64,000 nt of DNA from an uncultured Erysipelotrichaceae bacterium (GCA_902785135.1 CACZXL010000001.1:2109-66108); one strand, 5' to 3'; shown: positions 48,857 to 59,334, numbered from the stretch's first letter. Notes: generated from the letters alone by a model not told the origin. Program-made: numbers and translations.

Positions 48857-49837
48857 ATGAATAATATGGAAAAAGAAATTATTGAAGTATCTTTAGATGA
48901 TATTATTCCTAACCGTTTTCAACCTAGATTGTCTTTTGATGAAGATGCATTAAATGAATTAGCTAAATCTATAAGACAACATGGTATTATTCAACCATTA
49001 GTACTTAGAAAGGTTGGAAATAAATATGAAATAATTGCGGGTGAAAGAAGATATAAAGCTTCTTATATCGCAGGTCTTACAAAAGTTCCAGCAATTGTTA
49101 TTGATTTAAATGATAATGAATCTGCTGAAGTAGCAATTGTAGAAAATATTCAAAGAAAAAATTTATCTCCAATAGAAGAAGCAAAGTCTTATAAAAAATT
49201 ATTAGATAGAGGTTATTTAACACAAGATGAATTAGCTTCTAGAATGGGTAAAACTCAAGGAGCTATATCTAATAAACTTAGATTATTAAATTTATCTACA
49301 GAAGTGCAAGATGCTTTATTAAATAATCAAATTAGTGAAAGACATGCAAGAAGTTTATTAAAAATAGAAAATGAAGATGAACAAATAGAGATACTAAATA
49401 GAATTATTACAGGAAGATTAAATGTTAGAGATACAGACAATCTTATAAATTCATATATCAATAATGAAGAATATATTCCGGTTGCACCTCATAAAGGTTT
49501 TGGTTTAGGTAAAGGTTCTTCAAGTAGTAGTTCAATTGATTTTAATACATTTTTTGATACAAATAATGAGGATAATACACCATTAACAATTGAAGACAAA
49601 GTATATCCTTCTATAGAAGATAAAACATATCTAGAAATAGAGGATAAAGTATATCCTGCAATAGAAACAGAAGAAACACTATTATTAGAGGATGAATCTA
49701 CTGAATCTAAAAAAGATGTTCTTCAAAGAAAAATAAAGAATTTTATTGAAGAATTAAAAGCTGAAGGATATGATGCAACTTATGATAATTATGAATTTGA
49801 TAGAATATTTGAATTTATAATAAAAGTACAAAAATAA
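48857..49837 (+). CDS. noc: ParB-family CTPase of the Noc (nucleoid occlusion) type
   Basis: PNRFQPR, IIAGERRYKA, ENIQR; HTH region GKTQGAISNKLRLL..ISERHARSLL has Noc-type Q/K/R residues (Spo0J has SRPHIANH..MGHGR); follows rsmG. Confidence 0.8.
   Translation: MNNMEKEIIEVSLDDIIPNRFQPRLSFDEDALNELAKSIRQHGIIQPLVLRKVGNKYEIIAGERRYKASYIAGLTKVPAIVIDLNDNESAEVAIVENIQRKNLSPIEEAKSYKKLLDRGYLTQDELASRMGKTQGAISNKLRLLNLSTEVQDALLNNQISERHARSLLKIENEDEQIEILNRIITGRLNVRDTDNLINSYINNEEYIPVAPHKGFGLGKGSSSSSSIDFNTFFDTNNEDNTPLTIEDKVYPSIEDKTYLEIEDKVYPAIETEETLLLEDESTESKKDVLQRKIKNFIEELKAEGYDATYDNYEFDRIFEFIIKVQK
49589..49672 (+). repeat. 24-nt tandem repeat (IEDKxYxx, three copies plus a partial) in the Noc C-terminal linker
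   Basis: IEDKVYPS-IEDKTYLE-IEDKVYPA-IETE. Confidence 0.8.
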
Positions 49838-49859
49838 AATACCAATTTATTGGTATTTT

Positions 49860-51782
49860 TTATTTATCTTTTTTTCTTGGTTCTGTTCCTTTTAAATAAT
49901 ATATAAATTTTTTTCTTTTTGAATTGTTAGTAGCTAATTTTCCATTGAGAGGGTTTACTAATACAGCAGTAACGTTTTTAGGCTTATCATACCATTTAGT
50001 TTCTTTATCTCTTAAAAATGATTCCATAGTATCAATCCATATATTTCTTGCTATTTTAGAGTCATCTTTTGTTAGATTATCGTTATTATCATATCCAACC
50101 CATGTACCTAGAGTATATTCTTTATTATATCCAACTATTAATGAATCAGTGTTAGTACTTCCTGTTTTAATTGAATATTTTTTTGTTATTTTAGGTCTTA
50201 TACTTAGACAAGTTGGTTCACTATAATCTATTAGATTATTATCATAACAATTTGTTAATAGTTCTGTTAAAATATATGAATAATTATTATCTAATACTCT
50301 TTTTTTATTTATTTTATGTTCATATAGAGTGTTATTTTTATTATCTTTAATTGCTCTTATAAGATATGTATCTTTATATACCCCTTCACTTGCTAATGTA
50401 GAATATCCATTAGTTAATTTAATTATGTTCATTTCACTTGTTCCTAACGGTAAAGACACATTATTTTTTACATTTTTTATTCCAACTTTATTAAGTGTAT
50501 CAACTAACACATTATCTCCTAGAAAAAGGTTTGTTTTAAGGGCATATATATTATCAGAGTACGCAAGTGCTATTATCATAGGAATCTTTTTATTTGCGTA
50601 TATATCACCATAATTACTAGGTTTATAATAATCATTATCTAGTTTAAAAGAAGTATTTTCAGATAAGAATAAAGAAGATGGAGTAAAACCATTTTCTAAA
50701 GCTGCATAATATAAAAATGGTTTTATAGTAGAACCTATTTGTCTTTTAGAATTTATTGCTCTATTATATTGACTCTTTTCGTAATCTTTTCCACCTATTA
50801 ACGCAATTATCCTACCAGTATTATTTTCTATCATTACACTAGAAGTCTGAATATTATTATTTTCATCTATATTATTTTGGATAGATTTTTCTAATGATTC
50901 TTGAGCCTCTATATCTAAATTTGTATATATTTTAATACTATTATTATCTAAATAATCATTAGGTAATACTTTTATATCATCTAATTCCTTCATAACCGCA
51001 TCTTTATAATACATTAATGTTGTTAAATTTAATGTTTCTTTTTTTCCATAGTAAGTTAATTTTTCATTAAAAGCTTTATTCATTTCTTTTTTTGATATAT
51101 ATCCCTCTTTATACATATTATTTAATACTTGTTTTTGCCTTTTTTTCGCACTTTTCTCATTGTTAATAGGTGAATATTCCTGTGGATATTTAGGTATACC
51201 CGCAAGCATAGTAGATTCCGCTAAAGAAAGATCTTTAGATGATTTATTAAAATAATAGTGAGAAGCATTTTCTATTCCAAAAACACCATTTCCATAATTA
51301 ATAGTATTAAGATATCCTTCTAGTATTTCATCTTTAGAGTAATTTATTTCCATTTTAAAAGCCAAATATGCTTCTTTAATTTTTCTTTTATAAGTTCTAT
51401 CAAAAGTTAAATATAAGTTTCTAGCGTATTGTTGTGTTATAGTAGATGCTCCTTCTTCAATAGAACCAGATTTTAAATTAACAAAAAATGATTTTATTAT
51501 TCTTATATAATCAAAACCATTATGTTTATAAAATCTTTTATCTTCAGTAGATATTGTTGCATTTATAAGATTTTTATTAATATGAGAAAGAGGTATCCAT
51601 TCTTTAGATCCATTTCCTCTAAAAAATTCTTTATTGTTTTTATCATAAAGAATTATATTATTTGTTTTCTTTAAATCTAGCTTTGGAGTTAATTTAATAA
51701 AGGTATACATACATGTTACAAAAAAAGATATTAAGAATACCAAAATAACAAATATTTTTAACATAATTTTTCTTTTTTTCAT
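49860..51782 (-). CDS. Class A penicillin-binding protein (PbpG/YwhE-like by synteny)
   Basis: TG motifs EDKRFYKH, GASTITQQYAR, YLNTINYG; TP motifs GSTIKP, YSDN, KTGS. Confidence 0.9.
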   Translation of the reverse strand: MKKRKIMLKIFVILVFLISFFVTCMYTFIKLTPKLDLKKTNNIILYDKNNKEFFRGNGSKEWIPLSHINKNLINATISTEDKRFYKHNGFDYIRIIKSFFVNLKSGSIEEGASTITQQYARNLYLTFDRTYKRKIKEAYLAFKMEINYSKDEILEGYLNTINYGNGVFGIENASHYYFNKSSKDLSLAESTMLAGIPKYPQEYSPINNEKSAKKRQKQVLNNMYKEGYISKKEMNKAFNEKLTYYGKKETLNLTTLMYYKDAVMKELDDIKVLPNDYLDNNSIKIYTNLDIEAQESLEKSIQNNIDENNNIQTSSVMIENNTGRIIALIGGKDYEKSQYNRAINSKRQIGSTIKPFLYYAALENGFTPSSLFLSENTSFKLDNDYYKPSNYGDIYANKKIPMIIALAYSDNIYALKTNLFLGDNVLVDTLNKVGIKNVKNNVSLPLGTSEMNIIKLTNGYSTLASEGVYKDTYLIRAIKDNKNNTLYEHKINKKRVLDNNYSYILTELLTNCYDNNLIDYSEPTCLSIRPKITKKYSIKTGSTNTDSLIVGYNKEYTLGTWVGYDNNDNLTKDDSKIARNIWIDTMESFLRDKETKWYDKPKNVTAVLVNPLNGKLATNNSKRKKFIYYLKGTEPRKKDK

Positions 51783-51879
51783 AAAATCACCATTAATCTA
51801 TTTATATTATGTAAAAAATAATATAAAATATAAGTGCATTTTTAATAACTATATGTTATAATGCTCTTGTTAAAAAGAG

Positions 51880-52257
51880 GTGTTTTTTATTAAACATATA
51901 TTAGTTGATTTATATATAAAAAATAATGATGAAGAATTATCTTTTACTAATATTGATTGTATTTATAAAAATAATAAATTAATTTTTAGTATAAATGAAG
52001 ATAATTATGATATTACTAAAAAAGAAAATATTATTTTCCATAAAGAGAATAAAGAATCTATTATTGATTTTGAGTTTAAAGATAATGTTTTAACAAAAGG
52101 TACATATTTTATTAAAGATTTAAACTTTTATATGGATGCGAATATTAAGACAATTAAGTATATAGTAGAAAATAATATTATAGATATAGAATATAAGCTA
52201 TGGCTTCAAGATGAAGAAATAGGTGAGTTTATTTTAAAAATAAAAGTAAAGGAGTAG
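51880..52257 (+). CDS. Small beta-rich protein, YwiB/DUF1934-like
   Basis: Position immediately upstream of argS as for Bacillus ywiB; weak sequence resemblance; start uncertain. Confidence 0.5.
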   Translation: MFFIKHILVDLYIKNNDEELSFTNIDCIYKNNKLIFSINEDNYDITKKENIIFHKENKESIIDFEFKDNVLTKGTYFIKDLNFYMDANIKTIKYIVENNIIDIEYKLWLQDEEIGEFILKIKVKE

Positions 52258-52262
52258 ATATT

Positions 52263-53951
52263 ATGTTAGATATTAAAAAAGAGTTATCTGATTTATTAGA
52301 TGAAAAAGTAAGTGTTGAAACATATAATTTGATTAAAGAAATCAAAGAAAAAGATAAAGGCGATTATACTTTTCCATGTTTCGCACTCGCTAAAGAGTTA
52401 CATAAAGCACCTAATCAAATCGCAGATGAATTAAAAGACTCTATCAAATCTGAATTAATAGAAAAAATAGAAAGCATAAACGGTTACTTAAATTTTTATA
52501 TTAATAAAGAATATTTAACTAAAGTAGTATTTGAAGAATATGAAAATACTAAAAATGAATATGGTAAAGGTAACGAAAAAGGTACTGTATGTGTTGAATA
52601 CTCATCACCTAATATAGCAAAACCATTCCATATAGGTCATATGAGAACTACTCTTATTGGACATGCTTTATATAATGTTTATAAGTATTTAGGATATAAA
52701 ACAATAGGAATTAATCATCTTGGAGATTATGGAACTCAATTTGGTAAATTAATAGAAGGATATAAGCTTTGGGGAGAAGAATATGACCTAAGTACTGATC
52801 CAATAGATAAATTAGTTGAAATATATGTTAGAATTAATCAAGAATGTGAAAATGAAGAAGTACTAGAAAGATGTAGAAATAATTTTAAACTTTTAGAAGA
52901 AGGAGACGAATACTGTGTTTCTTTATGGAAAAAGTTTAGTGAATTAAGTATGAGTGAATTTAATCAAACTTATGAAAAATTAGGAATAAAGTTTGATGAA
53001 ATAAAAGGAGAAGCTTCATACGTATCAGATAAAGATAATATTTTAAATATTTTAGAAAAAAATAATAAATTAGTAGAAAGTCAAGGCGCTAAAATAGTTG
53101 ATTTAGAGAACGATGGAATAAATACTCCTTGTATTATTGAAAAAAGTGATGGATCTTCTATATACGCAACAAGAGATTTAGCAGCGATTAGATATAGATC
53201 TAAGACATATGATTATGATAAATCAATATATGTAACTGGTTATGAACAAGATCTTCATTTTAAACAAGTATTTGCAGTAGCTAAATACCTAGATTTAGAT
53301 CCTAAATATGTAAATGGCTTAGAACATGTATCATATGGTATGTATCGTCTTAAAGAAGGTAAAATGTCCACAAGAAAAGGAAATTTTATTAAATTAGAAG
53401 ATATATTAAATGATGCTATAGAAAAAGCTAAAGCAAAAGTATCTGATAAGAATCCAGATTTAGAAGATATAGATGATGTAGCTAAAAAAGTAGGTATAGG
53501 TGCTGTAGTATTTGGAGATTTATATAATTCAAGAATAAAAGATGAAATATTTGATATAGATGAAATGCTTGAATTTCAAGGAGAAACATGTCCTTATATT
53601 CAATATATGTATGTAAGAATAAAGAGTATTTTACGTAAACTTGATAAAGAAGTATTGATAAATGATATAAAATATGATAAATTACATGATGATTTATCTT
53701 ATGACTTAGTAAAGCAAATTTATAATTTTAACAATACATTAAAAGAAGTTGTAGATAAAAATGAACCATATATATTATCAAGATATCTTATTAAACTTGC
53801 TCAAACATATAGTGATTACTATAATACATATAAGATATTAAGTGATGATATGGATGAAAGAAATTCAAGAGTATACTTAATTAGTATAGTTGCGAATATT
53901 TTAAAAACAGGTTGTAATCTATTAGGAATAGAAATGCCTGAAAAAATGTAG
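52263..53951 (+). CDS. argS: Arginyl-tRNA synthetase
   Basis: VEYSSPNIAKPFHIGHMR, NHLGDYGTQFG, KSDGSSIYATRD, KMSTRKG, LGIEMPEKM. Confidence 0.97.
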   Translation: MLDIKKELSDLLDEKVSVETYNLIKEIKEKDKGDYTFPCFALAKELHKAPNQIADELKDSIKSELIEKIESINGYLNFYINKEYLTKVVFEEYENTKNEYGKGNEKGTVCVEYSSPNIAKPFHIGHMRTTLIGHALYNVYKYLGYKTIGINHLGDYGTQFGKLIEGYKLWGEEYDLSTDPIDKLVEIYVRINQECENEEVLERCRNNFKLLEEGDEYCVSLWKKFSELSMSEFNQTYEKLGIKFDEIKGEASYVSDKDNILNILEKNNKLVESQGAKIVDLENDGINTPCIIEKSDGSSIYATRDLAAIRYRSKTYDYDKSIYVTGYEQDLHFKQVFAVAKYLDLDPKYVNGLEHVSYGMYRLKEGKMSTRKGNFIKLEDILNDAIEKAKAKVSDKNPDLEDIDDVAKKVGIGAVVFGDLYNSRIKDEIFDIDEMLEFQGETCPYIQYMYVRIKSILRKLDKEVLINDIKYDKLHDDLSYDLVKQIYNFNNTLKEVVDKNEPYILSRYLIKLAQTYSDYYNTYKILSDDMDERNSRVYLISIVANILKTGCNLLGIEMPEKM

Positions 53952-54000
53952 AATAAAATTCAAAATCTCATATTAATATAATTGGAAGGAAGATTTAAAA

Positions 54001-54444
54001 ATGAGTATAAGAAAAAAGACTTTAGAAGAATTAGAATTAATGAGTTATACAGATATAGCTTATGAAATAATTAAGGAAGATAAAAAGAAAAAATATAATA
54101 CACCAAATCTTTTTAAAGAAGTATGTAAATTATTAGAATTATCTGATGAAGAATTTGCTGATAAAATAGCAGATTTCTTTACAGCGTTAACAACTGATGG
54201 AAGATTTATTCTAATTGATTCTACAACATGGGATTTAAAAGAAAATCACGTTGTTAAAGTTGTAGTTGATGATGGTGATGAAGAAGATATAGAAACAGAT
54301 GAAGAATCAGTATCAGAAGAAGATTCTGAAGATACTGAAGATATAGAAGATGATTATTCTGATGAAGCAGTAGATTCTTCAAGTGAAGATGAAGAAGATA
54401 TGCAAGATTTAACAATAGTTGATGAAGAAGATATAGAAGAATAG
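54001..54444 (+). CDS. rpoE: RNA polymerase delta subunit
   Basis: MSYTDIAYEII..FFTALTTDGRF..WDLK plus an acidic tail. Confidence 0.9.
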   Translation: MSIRKKTLEELELMSYTDIAYEIIKEDKKKKYNTPNLFKEVCKLLELSDEEFADKIADFFTALTTDGRFILIDSTTWDLKENHVVKVVVDDGDEEDIETDEESVSEEDSEDTEDIEDDYSDEAVDSSSEDEEDMQDLTIVDEEDIEE

Positions 54445-54453
54445 GAGGCAGTT

Positions 54454-55509
54454 ATGATAGAGAGATTAGAGACAACATTAAATAGATATAATGAAATAGC
54501 TGAAGAACTATCTAAACCAGAAGTACTTGGTAATGTAGAACTAATGACTACTCTATCAAAAGAGCAGTCTCAAATATCAGAAATAGTTGATAAATATAAA
54601 GTATATAAAAAAGTACTTAGTGATTTAGAAGAAGCTAAAGAATTATTAAATGATAAAGAAATGGCAGAATTAGCTAAAGAAGATATAAATAGTCTAAGTA
54701 CTCAAAAAGAAGAATTAGAAAAAGAATTAGAAGTATTATTACTTCCTAAAGATCCTAATGATGATAAAAATATCATTGTTGAAATAAGAGGAGCAGCAGG
54801 TGGAGATGAAGCAAATATATTCGCCGGTGATTTATTTGATATGTACTCTAGATATGCTGAAAATATGGGATGGAAAATAGAAATAATAAATGCAGAAGAA
54901 GGAACAGCAGGAGGATACTCTCAAATAGAATTCATGATTAAGGGAGAAAATGTATATTCAAAATTAAAATATGAATCAGGTTCTCATAGAGTTCAAAGGG
55001 TTCCAGCTACTGAATCACAAGGTAGAGTTCATACATCTACAGCAACAGTATTAGTAATGCCAGAAGTACAAAATGTAGATATAGAAATTAAAGATGAGGA
55101 TGTAAGAGTAGATGTTTATAGATCGTCAGGTGCAGGAGGTCAAGGAGTAAATACTACTGACTCTGCAGTTAGACTTACTCATATACCTTCAGGAATAGTA
55201 GTAACTTGTCAAAATGAAAGAAGCCAATTAAGAAATAAAGAAAAGGCTATGGAAATTTTAAAAGCAAGATTATATGAAGAAGAACAAAGAAAACAAGATG
55301 AAGAATTAGGTTCTGAAAGAAGAAATAAAATAGGAACTGGAGATAGATCTGAAAAAATAAGAACTTATAACTATCCACAAAACAGAGTAACAGATCATAG
55401 AATAAATTTAACTATTATGCAACTAGATAGAATAATGCAAGGTAAACTTGATGAAATAGTTGAAGCATTAGTAAATGAAGATATTAGAAGAAAATTAGCA
55501 GGAGAATAA
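54454..55509 (+). CDS. prfA: Peptide chain release factor 1
   Basis: EIRGAAGGDEA, HRVQRVPATE, SSGAGGQGVN, RTYNYPQNR. Confidence 0.97.
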   Translation: MIERLETTLNRYNEIAEELSKPEVLGNVELMTTLSKEQSQISEIVDKYKVYKKVLSDLEEAKELLNDKEMAELAKEDINSLSTQKEELEKELEVLLLPKDPNDDKNIIVEIRGAAGGDEANIFAGDLFDMYSRYAENMGWKIEIINAEEGTAGGYSQIEFMIKGENVYSKLKYESGSHRVQRVPATESQGRVHTSTATVLVMPEVQNVDIEIKDEDVRVDVYRSSGAGGQGVNTTDSAVRLTHIPSGIVVTCQNERSQLRNKEKAMEILKARLYEEEQRKQDEELGSERRNKIGTGDRSEKIRTYNYPQNRVTDHRINLTIMQLDRIMQGKLDEIVEALVNEDIRRKLAGE

Positions 55510-55536
55510 TTTTCTTTTTTTATAATTGGAGGTATT

Positions 55537-56250
55537 ATGACAGATTTAGAATATTTAAAAAAATATTATAAAGGTAATATAGATGATGCTATTGAAAAAT
55601 TAAATAATGGAGAACCAGTTCAATATATAGTTGGTGAAGTAGATTTTTGTGGAAATATATTAAAAGTAAATAAAAATGTATTGATTCCAAGATTTGAAAC
55701 AGAAGAATTAGTTGAACAAACAACTAAGTATATTAAAGAATATTTTCATAATCAAATAGAAATATTAGATATTGGTACAGGTTCAGGAGCAATTTCTATA
55801 TCATTAAAGAAAAAAACTAATGCAAATATTACCGCAACAGATATTTCTAAAGAAGCATTAGAAGTTGCAAAAGAAAATGCAAAATTAAATCAAGTAGATA
55901 TAAATTTTATAAATACAAATATATATGAAAATATAGATAATAAATTTGATGTAGTAATAAGTAACCCACCGTATATTTCTTATGATGAAGATATAATGGA
56001 TATAGTAAAAAATAATGAACCACATTTAGCGTTATACGCAGATAACAACGGATTATATTTTTATGAAGAAATATTAAAAAATATTAAAAATATTCTAAAA
56101 GAAAAATATCTTATTGCGTTTGAAATAGGTGAAAAACAATTTAACAATATAAAAAAATATAAAGAATTATATCTACCAGAATCTAGTATAACTTGTAAAA
56201 AAGACTTACAAGGAAGAGATAGAATGGTATTTATAACAAATATTGAATAA
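55537..56250 (+). CDS. prmC: Release factor glutamine methyltransferase (short N-domain)
   Basis: EPVQYIVG, LIPRFETEEL, DIGTGSG, SNPPY. Confidence 0.95.
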   Translation: MTDLEYLKKYYKGNIDDAIEKLNNGEPVQYIVGEVDFCGNILKVNKNVLIPRFETEELVEQTTKYIKEYFHNQIEILDIGTGSGAISISLKKKTNANITATDISKEALEVAKENAKLNQVDINFINTNIYENIDNKFDVVISNPPYISYDEDIMDIVKNNEPHLALYADNNGLYFYEEILKNIKNILKEKYLIAFEIGEKQFNNIKKYKELYLPESSITCKKDLQGRDRMVFITNIE

Positions 56251-56295
56251 ATTAAAAAGAATCATCCATAAAGAAAAAGAAAGGATGATTTTTTT

Positions 56296-56829
56296 ATGAA
56301 AAAAATTCTATTGTTATTATCTATAATTAGTTTTATATATATAGGATTAAATTATAAAGAAGATGATAATATTATTCCAGATGAAGCAATTAGATTTAGA
56401 GTAGTCGCTAATTCTAATACAGTTTATGATCAAAATATTAAACTTCAAGTAAGAAATACTGTTCAAAATGAAATATTTAAATTAATAAAAGACTCTAAAT
56501 CGATTGATGATACAAGAAAAATACTAAAGGAACACCAAAAAGAGTTATATGATGTAATCAATAATAAACTTAAAGAACTAGATTATAATAAAGGTTTTGA
56601 AATAAAATATGGTTTTAATCATTTTCCAAAGAAAAAATATAAAGGAGTTACTTATAAAGAAGGTAATTATGAATCACTAGTTATTACTTTAGGATCAGGT
56701 AATGGTGATAACTTTTGGTGTGTATTATTTCCACCATTATGTTTATTAGAAGCAGATGATAATTCATCATCTAATATTGAATATAAATTCTTTGTTAAAG
56801 ATTTAATTGATAAATATTTAAAAAAATAG
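56296..56829 (+). CDS. spoIIR: Stage II sporulation protein R
   Basis: AIRFRVVANSN..DQ..K..VRN, FP.K.Y...Y..G.YESL.I.LG.G.G.NFWCVLFPPLC; follows prmC. Confidence 0.93.
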   Translation: MKKILLLLSIISFIYIGLNYKEDDNIIPDEAIRFRVVANSNTVYDQNIKLQVRNTVQNEIFKLIKDSKSIDDTRKILKEHQKELYDVINNKLKELDYNKGFEIKYGFNHFPKKKYKGVTYKEGNYESLVITLGSGNGDNFWCVLFPPLCLLEADDNSSSNIEYKFFVKDLIDKYLKK

Positions 56830-56871
56830 ACCTAAAAAAATTTTTGTGGTAAAATTATTTTAGGTGATAAT

Positions 56872-57468
56872 ATGGGAAATATAGAAATTAAAATTAAAAA
56901 AATGAATATGACATCAATTATTTTTTCAATAATATTTATTTTAATTGGTGCCTTTTTATTAGCGAGACCAGAAGACGCTATCCATCTAGTTAGTTATGCA
57001 TTAGGAATAATACTTATTCTATGGGGATTGATATCTATAGTACAATTCTTCGCAGATAAGGAATCACAAAACTATTTAGATTTTGGATTTGTAGTAGGAG
57101 TATTTGTATTTATATTTGGTGTTATTATTTTAATAAAACCTAATATAATCGCAAGTATAATTCCATTATTACTAGGTATATGGATGCTAATAAATGGTGT
57201 AACAAAACTATCTTATGCATTAACTTTAAATAAAGATAAAAATGCAGCTGGTTCAATAATAATATCTATCTTAATAATAATACTTGGTATATTATTAGTA
57301 TTTAATCCTTTTGCTGGAGCTAAAACTTTAGTACAAATATTAGGAATTACTATTATAGTATATTCAATATTAGATTTAGCAGAATGTTTCGCAATCAGAT
57401 CAATAGTTAAAAAAGGTAAAAAAGAAATAGAAAATCAAGTGATTGAAGCTGAGTATACAGAAAAATAA
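56872..57468 (+). CDS. HdeD/DUF308-family membrane protein
   Basis: Repeated two-helix units (ILIGAFLLARP; FGVIILIKP; LGILLVFNP). Confidence 0.8.
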   Translation: MGNIEIKIKKMNMTSIIFSIIFILIGAFLLARPEDAIHLVSYALGIILILWGLISIVQFFADKESQNYLDFGFVVGVFVFIFGVIILIKPNIIASIIPLLLGIWMLINGVTKLSYALTLNKDKNAAGSIIISILIIILGILLVFNPFAGAKTLVQILGITIIVYSILDLAECFAIRSIVKKGKKEIENQVIEAEYTEK

Positions 57469-57558
57469 CATCTACTTTACACTTTTGAAAAAATAATATT
57501 GCTATGACAAAGAAATGTATTATATAATAAAATTGACATTATACTAAGGAGGGATAAT

Positions 57559-57855
57559 ATGAAAGTAACATCAGTTAATGTTAAGAAAATCGAGAAAGAC
57601 GGTTCAAGAATGAAAGGTATTGCTTCAATTCTATTAGATGACTTAATCGCAATTCATGATATTAGAATTATTTCTGGCGATAACGGATTATTTGTAGCTA
57701 TGCCTAGCAGAAAAACTGCAACAGGAGGATATAGAGATATTGTTCATCCAATCACTCCAGAAGGTAGAGAAATGATTGAAACTGCTATTTTAGGAGAATA
57801 TGAAAAAGCAGAAGATCCAGTTGAAACTACTGAAGAAGAAAAAGAAGAAGAATAG
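57559..57855 (+). CDS. spoVG: Septation regulator SpoVG
   Basis: MKGIASI..IHDIRIISG..GLFVAMPSRK..YRDIVHPI. Confidence 0.96.
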   Translation: MKVTSVNVKKIEKDGSRMKGIASILLDDLIAIHDIRIISGDNGLFVAMPSRKTATGGYRDIVHPITPEGREMIETAILGEYEKAEDPVETTEEEKEEE

Positions 57856-57902
57856 TTCTTCTTTTTTATTTGCCTACATATATTTAATTATGGAGGAAAA
57901 AT

Positions 57903-58190
57903 ATGGATAAAATAAAAGAAATAAGTACTAATTTAAGTCATTCGTTTTCAGTATCAGAAAGAAAAAACATAATAATAACAGGTATTATTAAAATAGATAG
58001 TTTTGATAAAGAAGAATTTCTAATAGAAACAGTACAAGGTTTTATGCATATTAAAGGAGAGAATTTAGAAGTAGTAAAGTTGGATACATATCAGGGAAAT
58101 GTTACAATAAAAGGTAAGATAGATGGTATTGATTATATAGAAGAAACAAATAAAAAAGAAAACTCTTTGTTCAATAAATTATTTAGATGA
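57903..58190 (+). CDS. yabP: Sporulation protein YabP/YqfC family
   Basis: H...SERK...ITG..IDSFDKEEFLIET..G.M.IKGENL..LD..G.V.I.G.I. Confidence 0.88.
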   Translation: MDKIKEISTNLSHSFSVSERKNIIITGIIKIDSFDKEEFLIETVQGFMHIKGENLEVVKLDTYQGNVTIKGKIDGIDYIEETNKKENSLFNKLFR

Positions 58191-58465
58191 TTTTAATAGT
58201 GCAAATTAAAATTCTATTTTTATCTTTTATATATGGCTTATTCTTTAGATACACATATAAAAAGAGTAAAGTATATTTGTTAAATAAAAATATTATATAT
58301 AAGACTATAATTAATCTATTATTTATGATAGATCATTCATTAATTTTCTTTATTTTAATTAGAAAAATTAACAATTCAAAATTACATATTTATATGTTTC
58401 CTTTCTTTATCTTAGGTTATTTATTCTTTGATTTTTACTTTACACATAAAAAAAATAAAAATTGA
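58187..58465 (+). CDS. yabQ: Spore cortex protein YabQ-like (short)
   Basis: Hydrophobic 92-aa ORF overlapping the yabP stop (ATGA); yabP-yabQ-divIC synteny. Confidence 0.65.
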   Translation: MILIVQIKILFLSFIYGLFFRYTYKKSKVYLLNKNIIYKTIINLLFMIDHSLIFFILIRKINNSKLHIYMFPFFILGYLFFDFYFTHKKNKN

Positions 58466-58529
58466 CTCTATATTTTTATAAGTGATATACTAAAAATGAA
58501 TAACTATGTATATAGAAAGGAGCGTATAT

Positions 58530-58814
58530 ATGAAAAGAAAAGAAACAAAAAGAAAAATGTTCATTATTGCGATTATATATATAGCTCTTGGTGCAGTTTT
58601 ATTACAAAATGTAGTAACTACTATGTATCAAATATATACTAAGAATAAAGAAAAGAAAGCTTTTGAACAAGAATTAGTAGAATTAAAAGAAAAAGAAGAT
58701 GAATTAAAAGCAACTGTTACTAAACTTCAAGACCCAGATTATGTCGCAAGATATGCTAGAGAAAAATATCTTTATTCCAAAGATGGAGAAATAATAATTA
58801 GAATACCAGATTAG
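58530..58814 (+). CDS. divIC: Septum formation initiator DivIC/FtsB
   Basis: TM plus coiled coil, LQDPDYVARYAREKYLYSKDGE. Confidence 0.92.
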   Translation: MKRKETKRKMFIIAIIYIALGAVLLQNVVTTMYQIYTKNKEKKAFEQELVELKEKEDELKATVTKLQDPDYVARYAREKYLYSKDGEIIIRIPD

Positions 58815-58869
58815 GTATTCTTTTTTTATTTATTATGATATAATTAAATCAATAATAAGGAGGAATAAA

Positions 58870-59334
58870 ATGAAAAGAATAGTTAAATTATCATTTGTTT
58901 TATTATTAGTTGTAATTCTTTCGGGTTGTAAAAAACAAGTAGTGACAAAATGTACTTTGAATAATGATGAAAGTAGTAATGGATTTTCTATTAAATCAGA
59001 ATATAAAATATTTTCAGATGACAGCGGAGTTAACAAAGTAGAAACTGAAGAAGTAGTTGAATCAAAAAATAAACAAGTATTATCATATTTTGAAAAACAA
59101 TTAAAAGAACAATATAAGTATATGAATGAAACTTATAAGGGATATACAATAAATATAACTAATAAAGATGGAAAAGTTATTTCTAAAATCAAAGTTGATT
59201 ATAATAAAATGAATTTAGATAAGTATACAAGTGAAAATCCAGCTTTAAAGGATTATATCAATAAAAATGGAAAAATTACTTTAGACGGAATGAAAAAAAT
59301 GTATAGTTCTCTAGGTGCAACTTGTAATAAATAA
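58870..59334 (+). CDS. Lipoprotein, DUF1307/YehR-like
   Basis: Lipobox LSGC, TKCT.., V.K.ET..V, Y.GY..N, VDYNK, GATC. Confidence 0.65.
   Translation: MKRIVKLSFVLLLVVILSGCKKQVVTKCTLNNDESSNGFSIKSEYKIFSDDSGVNKVETEEVVESKNKQVLSYFEKQLKEQYKYMNETYKGYTINITNKDGKVISKIKVDYNKMNLDKYTSENPALKDYINKNGKITLDGMKKMYSSLGATCNK

Noticed and set aside
51790-52262. T-box leader for argS
   Set aside because: argS starts 5 nt after the upstream CDS; no T-box motif or leader space.
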